A stretch of 64,000 nucleotides of DNA from Octopus sinensis (GCF_006345805.1 NC_043003.1:70680001-70744000), one strand, 5' to 3'. Numbered from the stretch's first letter, positions 12,280-25,960 are shown. A program made the numbers and translations. Notes: generated by a model not told the origin, from the sequence alone.

Positions 12280-13950
12280 ATTTCCATTGGCTTCTGGACT
12301 GGCATTGCTGCAACACTCTTGAAAGGGAGTAAAACTTTTCACAGTATATTCAGGCTTCCAGTTCCTTTGAGTGAAACAATTGTGTGCAATGTTCCACCAA
12401 ATTCTGATCAAGGAAACATTCTTAGGCGAGTAAAAGTCTTCATTATTGACGATGCTTCAATGATACCAGTTTATGCTTTGAAACCTATAGATAGTTGTTT
12501 ACGAGATATTATGATTAGTAATAGTATATTTAAAGGGAAAATTATCGTATTCTGAGGAGACCAGTTCTTCCAGTTGTTCCCAGATCTCTTCCTACAGCTG
12601 TTCTTGATGCCTGCCTCAGACGCTCCTCTATGTGGGATAATTTTCATCAAATGCAACTTTCGCAAAACATAACAACAAATACAAATGAACAAGATGTTTC
12701 GAGGTGGCTAATACAACTTGGAAGTGGAATTCTTCAAAGCTCTCTTGATAATCTAGCAGAAGATACCTTTGATATTCCTGAGGCGTCCATATGTAACAGT
12801 TCTTTGGTATCTGATATATTTGACAATTGTACAGCCGAAGAAATGAAAAATAGAGATCTTTTCCCCTAAAAATTCGGACTGCTTAGCACTAAATGAAGAA
12901 ATTCTAAGTAGATTGCCCACTGAAACTAAGACATATCTAAGCACCGACTCAGTAACTTCTGATAATGAAGAAGAAGTCCAGAATTGTCCCATGGAGTTTA
13001 TAAACTCTCTTACACCTTCTGTTAAAGTGATACCTCAAAACGAATGCACCTTCTGGGATGCCTCTCCATCGCCTTAACTTAAAAGTTGGAGCAATTATTA
13101 TGATTCTTAGAAACCTCTCTGAATCACAAGATCTATGCAACGGAACTCGCTTGGAAGTACTTCAGTTCCACGAGCATATCATCGAAGCGTCAATTATAAG
13201 TGGATCTCATTCCCACACGAAAGTACTGATTCCAAGAATCAAACTTACTCCAAGCGATGCAAACATTCCATTCGTTCTGCATCGGACCCAGTTCCCGGCT
13301 CGTCTGTCCTATTCTAAAACAATCAATAAAGCACAAGGGGCAAGCATTCGATAGAGTTGGCATACACTTGGCCACACCCATGATTCACTCATGGCCAGCG
13401 TCACGTAACTTTTTCAAGAGCAAGGGCGATGAACAGTGTGACGGTTAAAGTGATACCTCAAAACGAATGCACTCATGGTCGCAGAATGGGAATCCCCTAT
13501 ACTAGAAACATTGTATAAAGGCGGCGAGCTGGCAGAAACGTTAGCACACCGGGCGAAATGTTTAGCTGTATTTCGTCTGCCGTTACGTTCTGAGTTCAAA
13601 TTTCACCCAGGTCGACTTTGCCTTTCATCCTTTCGGGGTCAATAAATTAAGTACCAGTTTTGCACTGGGGTCGATGTAATCGACTTAATCCCTTTGTCCT
13701 TGTTTGTCTCCTCTCTGTATAGCCCCTTGTGGGCAATAAAGAAGTAAGAAACATTGCATATAGAGAAGTGCTGTAATGGAAGTATCTAACAAATACTTTC
13801 ACACAATAACTTAATTAAATTATTAATAAATATAACATAAAGGATAATAAAAGTTTTTATTAACCAAAATAGTGCAAATTAAACAATTTTAATTAAATGA
13901 TAACTATTCATTGGACGATATTTAAATTATCCGTGAATTCTTTCAAGGGT
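12280..13950 (+). mobile_element. Helitron remnant: disrupted PIF1-family helicase 3' half and 3' terminus
   Basis: TGIAATLLKGSKTFHS, VFIIDDASM, GKIIVF*GD, LTPSGMPLHRLNLKVGAIIMILRNL...LCNGTRL, RTQFPARLSYSKTINKAQG, end TRNIVYREVL* split by a SINE; hairpin ccgtgaa/ttcaagg then ttag-t near 13931-13959. Confidence 0.9.
13518..13746 (+). mobile_element. SINE family A inserted in the last codons of the Helitron helicase
   Basis: TSD-like flanks agaaacattgtata (about 13504-13517) and agaaacattgcata (about 13747-13760). Confidence 0.9.
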
Positions 13951-14213
13951 CCAGTTAGTATAGTATTACTCCTCCACCTTTATGACTGTCTGGTTTCTAA
14001 TGCAGGTGCTACAAATTCGCGCACAATATCAATGGTGTATTTCGTAATTAAATTGCTTGAATGACATACAACCAATTCAATTCAAACAGCTGCATTATAT
14101 TATTAAAGAAAGTTGATTAGTAATTAGTTATGAGTATGCAACGTTTACTAAAAGAATTAATGATTAAAACGTACATTGTCCAGAAAATTCTTTAAAATTC
14201 TAATTTATGTGTG

Positions 14214-14263
<50 letters not shown>

Positions 14264-14284
14264 ATATAATATATATATATATAT

Positions 14285-14670
14285 TCTTTTATTCTTTTAT
14301 TTGCTTCAGTCATTTGACTGAGGCCATGCTGGAGTACCGCCTTTAGTCGAATAAATCGACCCCGGAACTTACTCCTTGTAAGCCTAGTACTTATTCTAGC
14401 AGTCTCTTTTGCCGAACTGCTAGGTTACGGGTACGTAAACACACCAAAATCGGTTGTCAAGCGATGGTGGAGGGACAAACACAGATACACAAATTATACA
14501 TATATATACGATAGGCTTCTTTCAGTTTCCGTCTCCCAAATCCACTCATAAGGCTTTGGTTGACCCGAGGTTGTAGTAGATATTTGCCCAAGGTCCCACG
14601 CAGTGAGTCTGAACCGACATCCTGTGGTTGGTAAGTAAGCTATTTACCACACAGTCACTCCTGCGCCTAT
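14285..14670 (-). mobile_element. SINE family B
   Basis: Reverse complement of family B from tail (ttgcttcagtcatttgac) to head (ccacacagtcactcctgcgcc). Confidence 0.9.
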
Positions 14671-14902
14671 CTTTGTATATATATATATTTTTTTTTGGTT
14701 TGCGCAAGATTCTTTATGTGAATTCGTGTGTTGAAGCATATTTTGTTGTGTCTGGGGAGAGTCATTCTCTTTTAAAGCCTCATTAATTTAACACAAAGAC
14801 TATTGAAAAGGTTGCCAGTCGCAACGAAAGTTTTGGTAAAAATAAATGAGTGGAAATCGGTGAGCGTGTTAAATTAATAAGGCTTTAAAAGACAGTTACT
14901 CT

Positions 14903-15090
14903 AAGGCGGCGAACTGGCAAAAACGTTAGCACGCCAGGCGAAAACCTTCTGAGTTCAAATTCCGCCGAGGTCGACTTTGCCTTTTATCCTTTCGGGGTCG
15001 ATAAATTAAGTACCACTTGCATACTGAGGTCGATCTAATCAACTAGCCCCCCTCCCCTAAAATTTCGGGCCTTGTGCCTAGAGTAGAAAA
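14903..15090 (+). mobile_element. SINE family A, tail-2 type
   Basis: aaggcggcgaactggc...gagttcaaattcc...gggccttgtgcctagagtagaaaa. Confidence 0.9.
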
Positions 15091-17765
15091 AAAAAACGAT
15101 TTTCAATTTTTCTTTATTATTTATTTCAACACGATTCGATCAGAAAATTCCTTTTAATTCACTTGCTTTTTTAACAAAGCAAGATAGTCTTACATTCTTT
15201 TCCTTTTCTCTCTTTCTTTCTTTCTTTCTTTTTTCTTTTCTTTCTTTTTTTCCTTTTTTTTTCTCACACACTTCATGACAATGTCACAATTAATAAACAT
15301 TTTATTCTGTTTGCACTTCTTGAAATATAAACTTTGCTCAAGCATTTCCAACAAAGCTTTCTGCAGACAGATAAGTAAAAACATTTCTCCAAGTGATAAG
15401 CTTGCTCCAGCATCACCCAAATTATGTAGATTCCAGTATCCTTTCAGATTCGCTGAATGTTTTTGAAGAAGAAGAAGAAGAAGAAGAAGAAGAAGAAGAA
15501 GAGAAGAAGAAGAAGAAGAAGAATGGTATTGTTCCTAAATCAGACTAGTTTCATTTCCTCCCAACTGAAGTATTTGATTGTTGTGCAGAATGTTTTTTTT
15601 TTTAATAGCCATCATAGAAAACTTTTCCACTACACAATAAGGATTATAACATGAAATCTGTTATATATTTCTGATAATTAATTCCTTTGCTGAGATCTGC
15701 AGTGTTCGGGTTATCATAGTTCACATGATGAACGGGAATAGAATACCATTTCCCATCTCTTTACATTTGTAGTTGAGTGTTTATTTAGGTTGTTAATACC
15801 AAAGTGCACATGCACATACATACATGCACACATACACACTGATATATGTGTGTGCGCATATGTATTACGAATGCATGATGTACGTATGTATTTGGAAGGA
15901 AAAATAATGCTGAGGAAATCACTTATACAATCACTCGTGTTCGAACCATGTGCATAAGATTATCGATATGGTTCTTCTTCTCCTAACACGTTCTATGGGT
16001 GCAGTCTAGTTCAGTGTTATGGAAAGATATATACGTATCTTCTGATATGTAAATATGTGATAAACTGAAGATTTTTATGTGATCCAGTCAGCTTGATTCC
16101 TGATATGAATTTTAATGTTGTCTTAAAGCGTTCTAAATTTATTTATTGAACGAGTGAATGCTATTAGACGAATAAAGGTAAGAAGAGAAATTGAATATAA
16201 CTCATCAGACATATTAAACAACTGGGAATTAGATGTATAAATATTATTTAGAGTGGATCAGCTGAAACCACCCGAAAAGTGATGTTTCTGCTATCATTAA
16301 ATATGAACATAGAATGTAGGGAAAGTCAAAACAGTTTTATTCTACTGAAACTAATATCGAAAGAATATTTTATATTTTATTCTTGAATTATCCGATTCTT
16401 ACGGTAATTCGAAAAGTGAGTAGGAACCATTTCTGGAAAGGAATTCATTGGTTTAATGCGTGAGGACATCTGAGCAGCGAACTTGCAATACATGAAACTA
16501 TAAAAGAAAATATATTTGATACCCAGCTTATATGATATTAGATAATCCCCCATCATAAGTTTGGGAATTTTGAACACTCATGTCAGCACCTGGAGATACA
16601 CAATATTTATGGTTTTAATAGAGAATATTCAGCTTTTGTGTATCCTGCATAAATTTGAACTTGAGCAAAACAGGATTCTTTAAAATGTTTGCCATCAAAT
16701 GCATTATTTTCTCTTGCGATTTACTGACTGACTTAGCAAGGCTTCTGTTCAATGGAAATTGAAGTCATTTAAATAAAATGAGCAAATCTGTCGGAATGGG
16801 TGGAATTCTGAATATAATTGCACTTTCTCTTTTAAAATATCCAATGAGAATCGTTGTCTCATTGACATGAGACATATACTGAATATAAATTATGCACAAA
16901 TTTTATCGGTAACCTTGTTTTGGTTCAAGTCTTTGAAGCTATAGCCTTGATGATTGCAAGAATGTTTTTAATAAAGGATAAATTACCGCTTTCTATTGCA
17001 GAACAGTATGCGTTAATTTACAGAAATGACTGTTTCCTAAAAATACCTTCAACATGTTGTCAGTTGATGTCATTGTCTCAAACATTTTGGAGTGCAGGTT
17101 TTGCTCAGTCACTTGTGTTGTAGGCCATAAAAAGACATTGCAAGGTAAGAAACATCATCATATCAATCCCTTTGCTACCTTAATAATTAAATGCGCCATT
17201 ATTGTCAATACTTAAAAAGCAACTGCAATAGTTACCTTTATATGCTAATAAAATATGGAAAACAACAAACTACACAGAAATGTGTTTCCAGTTGCACAAC
17301 CTCTTAATCTATTAAAATTAAGTTAGACCTTTCTCTCGAAACTTCTATTGATAACCCATTGACTTCAGTGCACTTGGACTGAGATGGGCCATAGTCTTCA
17401 AGTTCCAGGCTATTTTTATTCTTTATATTCTCAGTTTAGATTAGGGTTTATCTCTAGAGTTGAAGACTGACTTTACATGAGTTGTATCTGTACCACGAGT
17501 CCACATAAATGATTCCTTCTACAACTTTGTATAACTTATTTCTTTGCCGAGTTAAATCGGTTTTACTCGATTCTTGAAATCTCCGGTATTGTCATCGCGA
17601 TATTTCAGCTAAAGCCGAAGTCAGTAAGCTCACAGCGGTTTAACAGCAAGGCGAGAGAGAACTCGCTTGGATGTTTGTGATACAAGAAAGAAAATGGGAG
17701 AGAAAGAGAGAGGGGGAGGGAGAGGGAGGCGGTGAGAGAGAGAGGAAGAGGGAGGGAGAGGGAGG

Positions 17766-17806
<41 letters not shown>

Positions 17807-18082
17807 AGGTCTTACAAACAACAGAGATGAACAAATGAAAAATAGATTCAGAAAAAAACTGAAATCAGTAAAGGTTTCATTGGAAAGCCACGAGGAGAGT
17901 GAAAAATGAAACAAGGACTCAGTACTATGGTGGAGTTTCGATAGCTAAATACCCGAGAAAGAGAAGTAGCGGATGGCCATGTTCGTATACACATGAATGC
18001 CATTTGTCTTCTATTATACTCAATAGAGAGTCACATGACAAAGACATACGTTTCTCATATGTATGATATATAAGATATGCAT

Positions 18083-18135
<53 letters not shown>

Positions 18136-18237
18136 TATATATAGATATGAAGCAAGGTTTGAAAATGCAATTTTAAAACGTGTTTATTTACTTTACCGGT
18201 TTCACATTTTAGAAATAGATTGTCAAAAGTAACATGT

Positions 18238-18548
18238 AAAAGCTTGGTTGTGTTAGTAACTGGTTGTCACAAAATACTACAATAAATATATTCATTCTTT
18301 GATAACAAGAACATGTTAAGAACATTTTACAAGGGAAAATCTTGGGAAAAATATAAAAAAGTTTAACAAGTTCATCAAAATATTGGGCACAAAAGCTTGG
18401 CTGTGCCAGGTACTGGTTGTCACAAAATATTACAATATACATATACATTCCTTGATAATAAGAACATGTTAAGAACGACTTACAAGGGAAAATCTTGGGA
18501 AAATATAAAAAAGTTTAACAAGTCCATTATAATATTGGGCACAAAAGA
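18238..18548. repeat. Two diverged tandem copies of a 152-153 bp unit
   Basis: aaaagcttgg at 18238 and 18391, aaaag at 18543; shared aagaacatgttaagaac and caagggaaaatcttgggaaaa. Confidence 0.85.
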
Positions 18549-19472
18549 TTACAACATATATATACATTCTCAAAACAATGTTAAAGATAGTTTCCAGAAG
18601 GAATTATTAAAAAGTTCAGTGGAATATTGGTATTGTATCTGTATATATATACACACACAGAATATTATAAGTTCAAAAAAGTTTACAGCTTAAACTGACC
18701 TGGTTCACCATGTTATAGTATTTTACAAAAGAATAAGTTCTTAAATCTCCAATGCCCAGCAGAGAAGAGAAATTTAGGCAGAGAAGGAATAGAAAGGAGT
18801 AAGAGAGAAATCTGTTTTCCTAAGTTCTGGCACGAAATTTCATATCCTTTTCTCAGCCATGGTATATAGACTTAACTGAAATCGTGAACTGCACAGTAAA
18901 TTTTTAGTCGTCGAAAAACAGTTCTATGTTGTAAACAACAGCTGTAATAAAACGTTCACAAAGTGGAATAAGTTGCTTTGCTGGGAGGAAGGAGATAAAT
19001 CTTTCTTACGTACGATCTTCATTTACCTATCACAGCGGAAAAACAATTCCCGTTGCTCCAAGGTAAATAAATTATTCATCTATGTTAACTGCTTATATGC
19101 TTATACATGCAGCCTCGTTTATAAATAATTCATTCATCGCTGTTCCGGAAAAACACTGTATACTCAATAGTGAACCGTATTACGCTTATCACGGATTGAT
19201 CTGTGATAACATGGGCCAACGATCAATCAAAAATTCTGCTTGTACTGCACAAACACATTCCAAAGACTATCCACACTGCTTAGTTACCCAGAATGCACTG
19301 GCTCTAACTTGCATTTATATGACAGCACTGCGAGGTTGTGTATTTTTTATTTGGATCTACTCGTACCTATCAACATAGAATCAGCGAAAAACTACGAAGG
19401 CGCGTGATCCTGACAAACGATTCTCAAGTGGAAACGGTGGAGGTGATCACGAAAGAGAAGCGCTGGTAGGGA

Positions 19473-20030
19473 CAATGCAGGACAATGCCCCATGTCACAA
19501 GGCTAAGGTGGTCATGAACTTCCTCAAGGCTGAAAAGGTTATTATAATGGATTGGCCTGCTCAAAGCCCAGATCTCAATCCTATTGAAAATGTATGGAAT
19601 ATTCTAGGAGAACGTTCGAAAGCCAGAAATCCTAAAACAACTGAGCAATTATGGAATGCCCTTCAGGAAGATCACCCAGCAAGAAATTAAAAATTTAATT
19701 TCCTCATGCAGTCAGAGTGTGATTGAAGCTAAAGCTAAAGGGCTTCACACTAAATATTAAATAATTCCAGTATTCTCTGTCATTTTTGATTATTTTGTTA
19801 TTTTTTCAACCGTTCTGATCATTTTGGCCGCCATGGATTTTGCAGTAAATCACTAAATCATCCATAACTTTTGTATTATCCTCTTTAATTACACCAAAAT
19901 CTCAGACAATAACAAGTAATATTGTATTTATTGTTTGTGAAAATTACAGAATATAAAACAACTTTGATAAAAAATTATATCTACTTTTCTGACGAAAACA
20001 ATGCCGTTCTGAACATTTTGGCCGCAACTG
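19473..20030 (+). mobile_element. Tc1 transposon right-end remnant (IR/DR type)
   Basis: QDNAPCH...WPAQSPDLNPIENVW (DD34E region) and GLHTKY*; terminus ...ggccgcaactg followed by TA; 21-bp inner/outer direct repeats at 19811-19831 and 20005-20025. Confidence 0.92.
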
Positions 20031-20093
20031 TATATATATATGTGTGTGTTTGTGTGTGTGTGTATGTATATATGTATGCGTATAAACGTGTAT

Positions 20094-20161
<68 letters not shown>

Positions 20162-20265
20162 TTATTAATACAAACTCGCACATATATACACACTAGCTCA
20201 TGCACCACCCATGTACACAAGTAAACACGCACCCCCTCATACACATACGTACATACATATACACA

Positions 20266-20303
<38 letters not shown>

Positions 20304-20759
20304 ACAGTCTAACTTTACACAAACATACATTAACGCACAACTTTCTAAATTTCATATTCACATACTGTAACGCACACTCACACATACACACTCACACGCG
20401 CACATACATTCGCAGACACGCCCCCCCCCCCCCACACACACAACGCAAGCACAGACATAACATTCTACACTTCACACATTTTCTATATGACTCTAATTCT
20501 GTTGTATGTGTTTTTTTAGAAGCTGATAATTTTCTTCATCTTCCGCACCACGACTTCCATTACCATTTTTTTTTAATCTTTTAATCTCGATACTGGGTCT
20601 GATCGAAGGTCGTACACAATATTTCTGGAAAAAAAAATACTTATTCATTACACGTATTAGCGAGATAAATAAAATAAATTGCTTCACCTTGTAGAGATGC
20701 TAAGGTGATGTTGTATATGTCATTTTCTAAAGACAGCAGCCGAATGTGTTAAATATAAA

Positions 20760-21140
20760 AAAACGTGGTACTCTGTCGGGTACGACGACGAGAGTTCCAG
20801 ATCATCCCACCAACAGAACAGCCTGCTCGTGAAATTAACGTGCAAGTGGCTGAGCACTCCACAGACACGTGTACCATTAATGAAGTTCTCGGGGAGATTC
20901 AATGTGACACAGAGTGTGACATGGCTGGCCCTTTGAAATACAGGTATAACGGAAACAGGAAGAAAGAGTGAATGAAAGTTGTAGTGAAAGAGTAGAGCAG
21001 GGTTCGCCACCACCCCCTGCCGGAGTCTCGTGGGGCTTTAATTATTTTACCTCAAACACTCACAACGCCCGGTCTGGGAATCGAAACCACGATCCTACGA
21101 CTGCGAGTCCGCTGCCTTAACTACTGTGCCATTGCACCTC
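20760..21140 (-). mobile_element. tRNA-derived SINE family C
   Basis: Minus head ggaggtgcaatggcacagtag...ggtttcgattccc; body agccacttgcacgttaatttcacgagcaggctgtt shared with 55750-56075. Confidence 0.85.
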
Positions 21141-21153
21141 CATATTAAATATA

Positions 21154-21552
21154 CTTTTCTATTCTAGGCACAAGGCCTGAAATTTTGGGGGAGTGGGGAC
21201 CAGTCGATTAGATCGATCCAAGTACGCAACTAGTACTTAATTTATCGACCCCAAAAGGAGGAAAGGCAAAGTCGACCCCGGCGGAATTTGAACTCAGAAC
21301 GTAACGGCAGACGAAATACCTATTTCTTTACTAGCCACAGGGGGCTAAACACAGAGAGGACAAACAAGAACAGACAAACGGATTAAGTCGATTATATCGA
21401 CCCCAGTGCGTAACTGGTACTTGATTTATCGACCCCGAAAGGATGAAAGGCAAAGTCGACCTCGACGGAATTTGAACTCAGAACGTAGCGGCAGACGAAA
21501 TACGGCTACGCATTTCGCCCGGAGTGCTAACGGTTCTGCCAGCTCACCACCC
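21154..21552 (-). mobile_element. SINE family A dimer
   Basis: Same dimer junction (aagaaataggtatttcgtctg) on the minus strand. Confidence 0.9.
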
Positions 21553-23414
21553 TCCACATGTTAAATATAAGCAAAGATCGAGGAGTGAATCTAAATTGTA
21601 AATTAGTTTCATGTGAAGGGAAATATCAAAGAACAATTAAATTATGCTTCTATGCTTCTTTATACTTGATTTCAAATTCAAGATTCTAATCTTAAATATC
21701 ATGCAGAAATTAATATCGTCTTTATACTAATTGGCCACAGGGAGATGCCACGTGTTTGAAAATATCAAAAATATTACAACGACAGCTTTATAGCTGAATC
21801 AGAGGCTTAAATGCAGTGTACCCCGCTTACTTTCATGATATTTGAAACTGTTTGGAGGAAGGCAAACAGTAATTATCTGACCTGTAATCTTGCCTCAACT
21901 CTTCCAAAAATTGACTGAGCTGAAAATATCCTTTAGCTTTGGTCATTTTATAAAAAAAAATCTCTTATTCTCAAAAAGTAGAACAAAACACAAATTAGAA
22001 AAAAATATAACAGCTACAAAAAGATATAAACTTCATGATTCACCCACTGACTGCATAATGAAATTTTATGGTAAGTCCTGCAATATTAATTATTCCCCAA
22101 AACAGAATTAATATTTTCTGCTTCTGCAATAATTCTTAAGCATTTCCTACAGCTACAATTCTCATATCCACCGCCAAAAGTATTTGATTTTAGCTCTGTA
22201 AAGAGATATTTGATGGAATATAGGGAAAAAATTATGAGGATCTGAAAAATTGTCTTTGTAAATAGTATTACTAGGAATGGTGTCACCGCTTCTTGCAGCT
22301 TAGGAAAGGTTTTTTTCAAACCCAATCGCTTTCTGAAGTTAACAGGAATAAAATTTTGAGTAGATATATCCTTTTCCGCGTTCAAAGGGTTAAATATCAA
22401 ATTGTCGACGGACGTCTTTAAAGAAATGCTCATATCAAGTGATGTAGTATGGGGTTTGCGTCATTTCTCAACCGCACAGGGGCGGCCAGTTCATATACAT
22501 GTGTTTGCTATATTCAGAAATACGTAACGTTTAAGGAAGAAGCGTCCAAACCCCATATTACGTCACTACGTGCTGTCATATCTACCCAAATAAATCATAT
22601 TTTCTCGGGATTTGTATAGAAGGTCCTGTCAGAAAGGGGATTTGTAAGCAAATTTTTATAGAAATTTCATTCTGTGGGAAAAGTTAAACCATTTTTGCAC
22701 CTCCAAGGTTGTTAGCTATAAAATGATATAATGCCCCATGTTTATGTTTAATTTTTTTCTTTCAATTCTTTAAATTGTTTCAGCTTCAAAGCTGCGGTCA
22801 TGCTGAGGCACCACATAAAATCAGATAATTTTGTTTGTTTCTATTAACTTTCATTATAAATTCATTGTGCTTTTTAAAATAATTTAACGGTGTACTAACT
22901 GCGCTTCACTTTAAAATAGAGAATACTTCTATTTTCCTTTTTAAAGCTGTTTTATGTTTCAATTTGTTTCCATTAAGCAAAGCCAGTAATTATTTATTTA
23001 TTTGTTTTTTTGTTTTTATAATAAATTTTAGCATATTTCAGTAGATTATCAAAACTAACTTTTTTTAACATTTTTTTTTCAGCAGAAAACTAATGAATGT
23101 ACCCTCAGATTAATCAATAACTTAATTTAATTAGTCGCAAATTTTAGTAAAATAACCTGTTGAAATTATCAGCTAATCATAAGATAATCATAAAACTGTA
23201 AACACTTTTTTGGTTGCCATAAATGAATTAATATGATCTCAGTGTCTCAGATCATATCTGTGAATCCGCTGTTTGCAATAATCTCTTCATCTCGGCCTTA
23301 GAGATCTGGAATTCCTGACACTCCTTACGAGTTTGACTTACGGGTTTAGAGCGATTAGCCCGTAATGGAGGTAATTTTAGCCGTTTACTATCACCCGTGG
23401 ACACACATATATAT

Positions 23415-23830
23415 CTGGCTGTGTGGTAAGAAGCTTGCTTCCCAGCCACATGGTTCCAGGTTCAGTCTCATGGCATGGCACCTTCAGTAAGTGCCTTCTA
23501 CTATAGCCTCGGGCCAACCGAAATCTTATGAGTGGATCTGGTAGACGGAAACTGAAAGAAGACTGTCGTATACACACACACATACACACACACACACACA
23601 CACATACATACAGTTATGTGTACGCGTCTTTGAGTCTGTGTTTGTCTCCCACCACCGAATGACAACTGGTGTTGGTGTGTTTACGTCCCAGTAACTTAGC
23701 GGTTGGGTAAAAGAGAACGATAGAATAAGTATCGAGCTTTGAATGATAAGAACTGGGGTCGATTAGTTGAACTAAAATTCTTCAAGGTGAGGCCCCACCA
23801 TAAACGAAGTCTAATGAGTGAGACATGTAA
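23415..23830 (+). mobile_element. SINE family B
   Basis: ggctgtgtggtaagaagcttgcttccc...ggcaccttcagtaagtg...tail. Confidence 0.88.
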
Positions 23831-24074
23831 ATGTTACAAGATATGTGTGTGTGTATGCGAGCGTGTGTGTGTGTGCGCGCACCCGCGTGTGTATTAGTCA
23901 ATAAAATTCCTACACGGTTAAGTTCAGTAAATGATATATTCCAAGAAAGTCATAATGGGGAAACTAATTTTTCCGTTATGAAATTATGAAATAGTGTCGA
24001 AATTATTTTAGGGAAGCTCTGAACACCTCACCGCTACTTCTAGCATATCAACGTAAGTCGCCATCGTCGTCACC

Positions 24075-24606
24075 ATCAGCAGCAGCAGCAGCAGCGGCGG
24101 CAGCGGCAGTAGCAGTAGCAGCGGCAGTAGCGGCAGTAGCGGCAGTAGCGGCATAAGCGGCAGCAGCGAAAGCAGCAGCAGAAGCGGCAGCGACGTAAGC
24201 GGCGGCAGCAGTGTAAGCGGCAGCAGTGACATAAGCGGAAGCAGTGGCATAAGCGGCGGCAGCGGCGTAAGCGGCGGCAGAGGCGTAAGCGGCGACAGCG
24301 GCGGAAATGACATAAGCGGCGGCAGCGGCGTAAGCGGCGGCAGTGGCATAAGCGGTGGCAGCGGCGTAAGCGGCGTAAGCGGCGGCATTGACCTAAGCGG
24401 CGGCAGCAGCGCAAGCGGTGGCAGTGGCGTAAGCGGCGGCAGTGGCACAAGCGGCGTAAGCGGTGGCAGTGACATAAGCGGCAGCAGTGGCATAAGTGGG
24501 GGCAGCGGCGTAAGCGGCGACAGCGGCGTAAACGGCGACAGCGGCGTAAACGGCGGCAGCGGCGTAAGCGGCGACAGCGGCGGCAGCAGAAGCAGCAGCA
24601 GTAGCA
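24075..24606. repeat. GC-rich triplet-based minisatellite, core GGCGGCAGCGGCGTAAGC (18 bp)
   Basis: Direct reading; AGC runs at both ends. Confidence 0.92.
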
Positions 24607-25208
24607 ATCCTAGACATTACTATCCTGAGTCCTATAACTCAAAGGGCTGTTAACTCGTTTTCTAAGGCGAAGTAGTGACCGAAACCGCAACATACCGCCT
24701 TGAACCTTGAACGCAACGATAGTCTGTCGCAGAGTTACTCATTTACAGTTGACTGAATGAACAAGAGAACATGAAATGAAATGTTTTGTCCAAGAAGACA
24801 ACACACCGCCCAATCATGGAATTGAAACCAACTTTCCCTGCAATTTTCTGTCCTAATGAATTGAATGTAGGATAATGAGAGATTAAAAAAATAAAAACAA
24901 TGGCCAAGTGTGGAAGTACATCGTATTCTTAATTCCCTTTTACAACCCATTCAGAAATATACCCTTCCTTTTTAATCCTGGTCCCTGACTAACAAGCCTT
25001 TAATTTCCAGCCATAGAAATTCATTCACTCACTCCCCTCTCTAATAAACAATTTCCTTTCATGGTGAGAAGTTCTATCGTTTATATTTTATTTGTTTCAG
25101 TCGCTAGATTGTGGTCATAGAGGGGTTTAGTAGAACAAAGTGATCCTAGTAGAATCTTATTCTATCGGTCTCTTATGCATACATACATATACATATACAT
25201 ACATACAT

Positions 25209-25272
<64 letters not shown>

Positions 25273-25599
25273 TGTATAAAAGATCGTGGGTAAGGACAAA
25301 ATAATGCGAAGTAAATGCAAGGTAAATCACAAGAGAACAAATATGTGAATTAATGTAGACTTACCTTGCATTCAATATTTCGGTGTTATTACCCCATTTT
25401 TAAGAAGATAACGAATGTTGCCGATGTGCGTGTGTGGAGTGGACATGCGCAAAAGGATGTTGCTATAGCAACCACCTAGCTTCCTGTAACTCACGTCTAT
25501 TGTTGATGTCGGGTTTCTTTTGGTGTATGAGGATGGCCTCAGTGATTCTAAGGTTGCCCCTGTTCTGCTGTGTTGCCTTGATGTACACTGTGAATTCAC

Positions 25600-25960
25600 G
25601 GGTCTAGCATTTAACTAGATGTTTCTTCACGGAAGTGTCTGCCTGCATGTGTTACTTAATGCGTACATGCAGTTTTTCGCGTTGTGCTTCTGAAAAAGGG
25701 ACAAACTTAGAATTTCTGAGGCTATCCTCATACACCAAAACAAATCAAAACAAAACGAAACAAACCAAAACAAATCCAAGATCAACAATAGAAGGGAGTT
25801 ACAGGAAGCTAGCTGATTGTTATATTCTCTATCTGTTTATTTTCTCTTATTTCTTTCTGCTGAAGAGCGTAGGCTCGAAACGTATTTCCTGAGCGTCAAA
25901 CTAATACATCAGCTTGTTGTTTATACACATATCTTTGTCTTTTGTTTTTCTGTAAATTTC
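25600..25960 (+). mobile_element. Penelope-like element 3' remnant with pseudo-LTR
   Basis: KLRISEAILIHQ...KINNRRELQEAS resembles a GIY-YIG C-terminus; followed by CTGCTGA-A-GAGC-GTAG-GCTC-GAAA-CGT-A at about 25857-25884; an inverted copy of about 100 bp lies at 25466-25565. Confidence 0.6.

Noticed and set aside
15190-15460. Non-repetitive minus-strand open frame next to a (TTC)n tract, possible exon
   Set aside because: No recognisable protein and weak splice signals.
16100-17200. Possible very old RT remnant on the minus strand (YDDVSYLAMS, DGGLSNI)
   Set aside because: Only short motif-like words among many stops; a profile search is needed before calling it.
24008-24607. 199-aa Leu/Pro-rich minus-strand ORF
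   Set aside because: It is the reverse reading of the triplet minisatellite, starting from a non-ATG codon within the repeat.
25588-25610. Helitron-like 3' end (ctgtgaattcacgg...ctag)
   Set aside because: No associated Helitron body; it lies between Penelope-related inverted arms.
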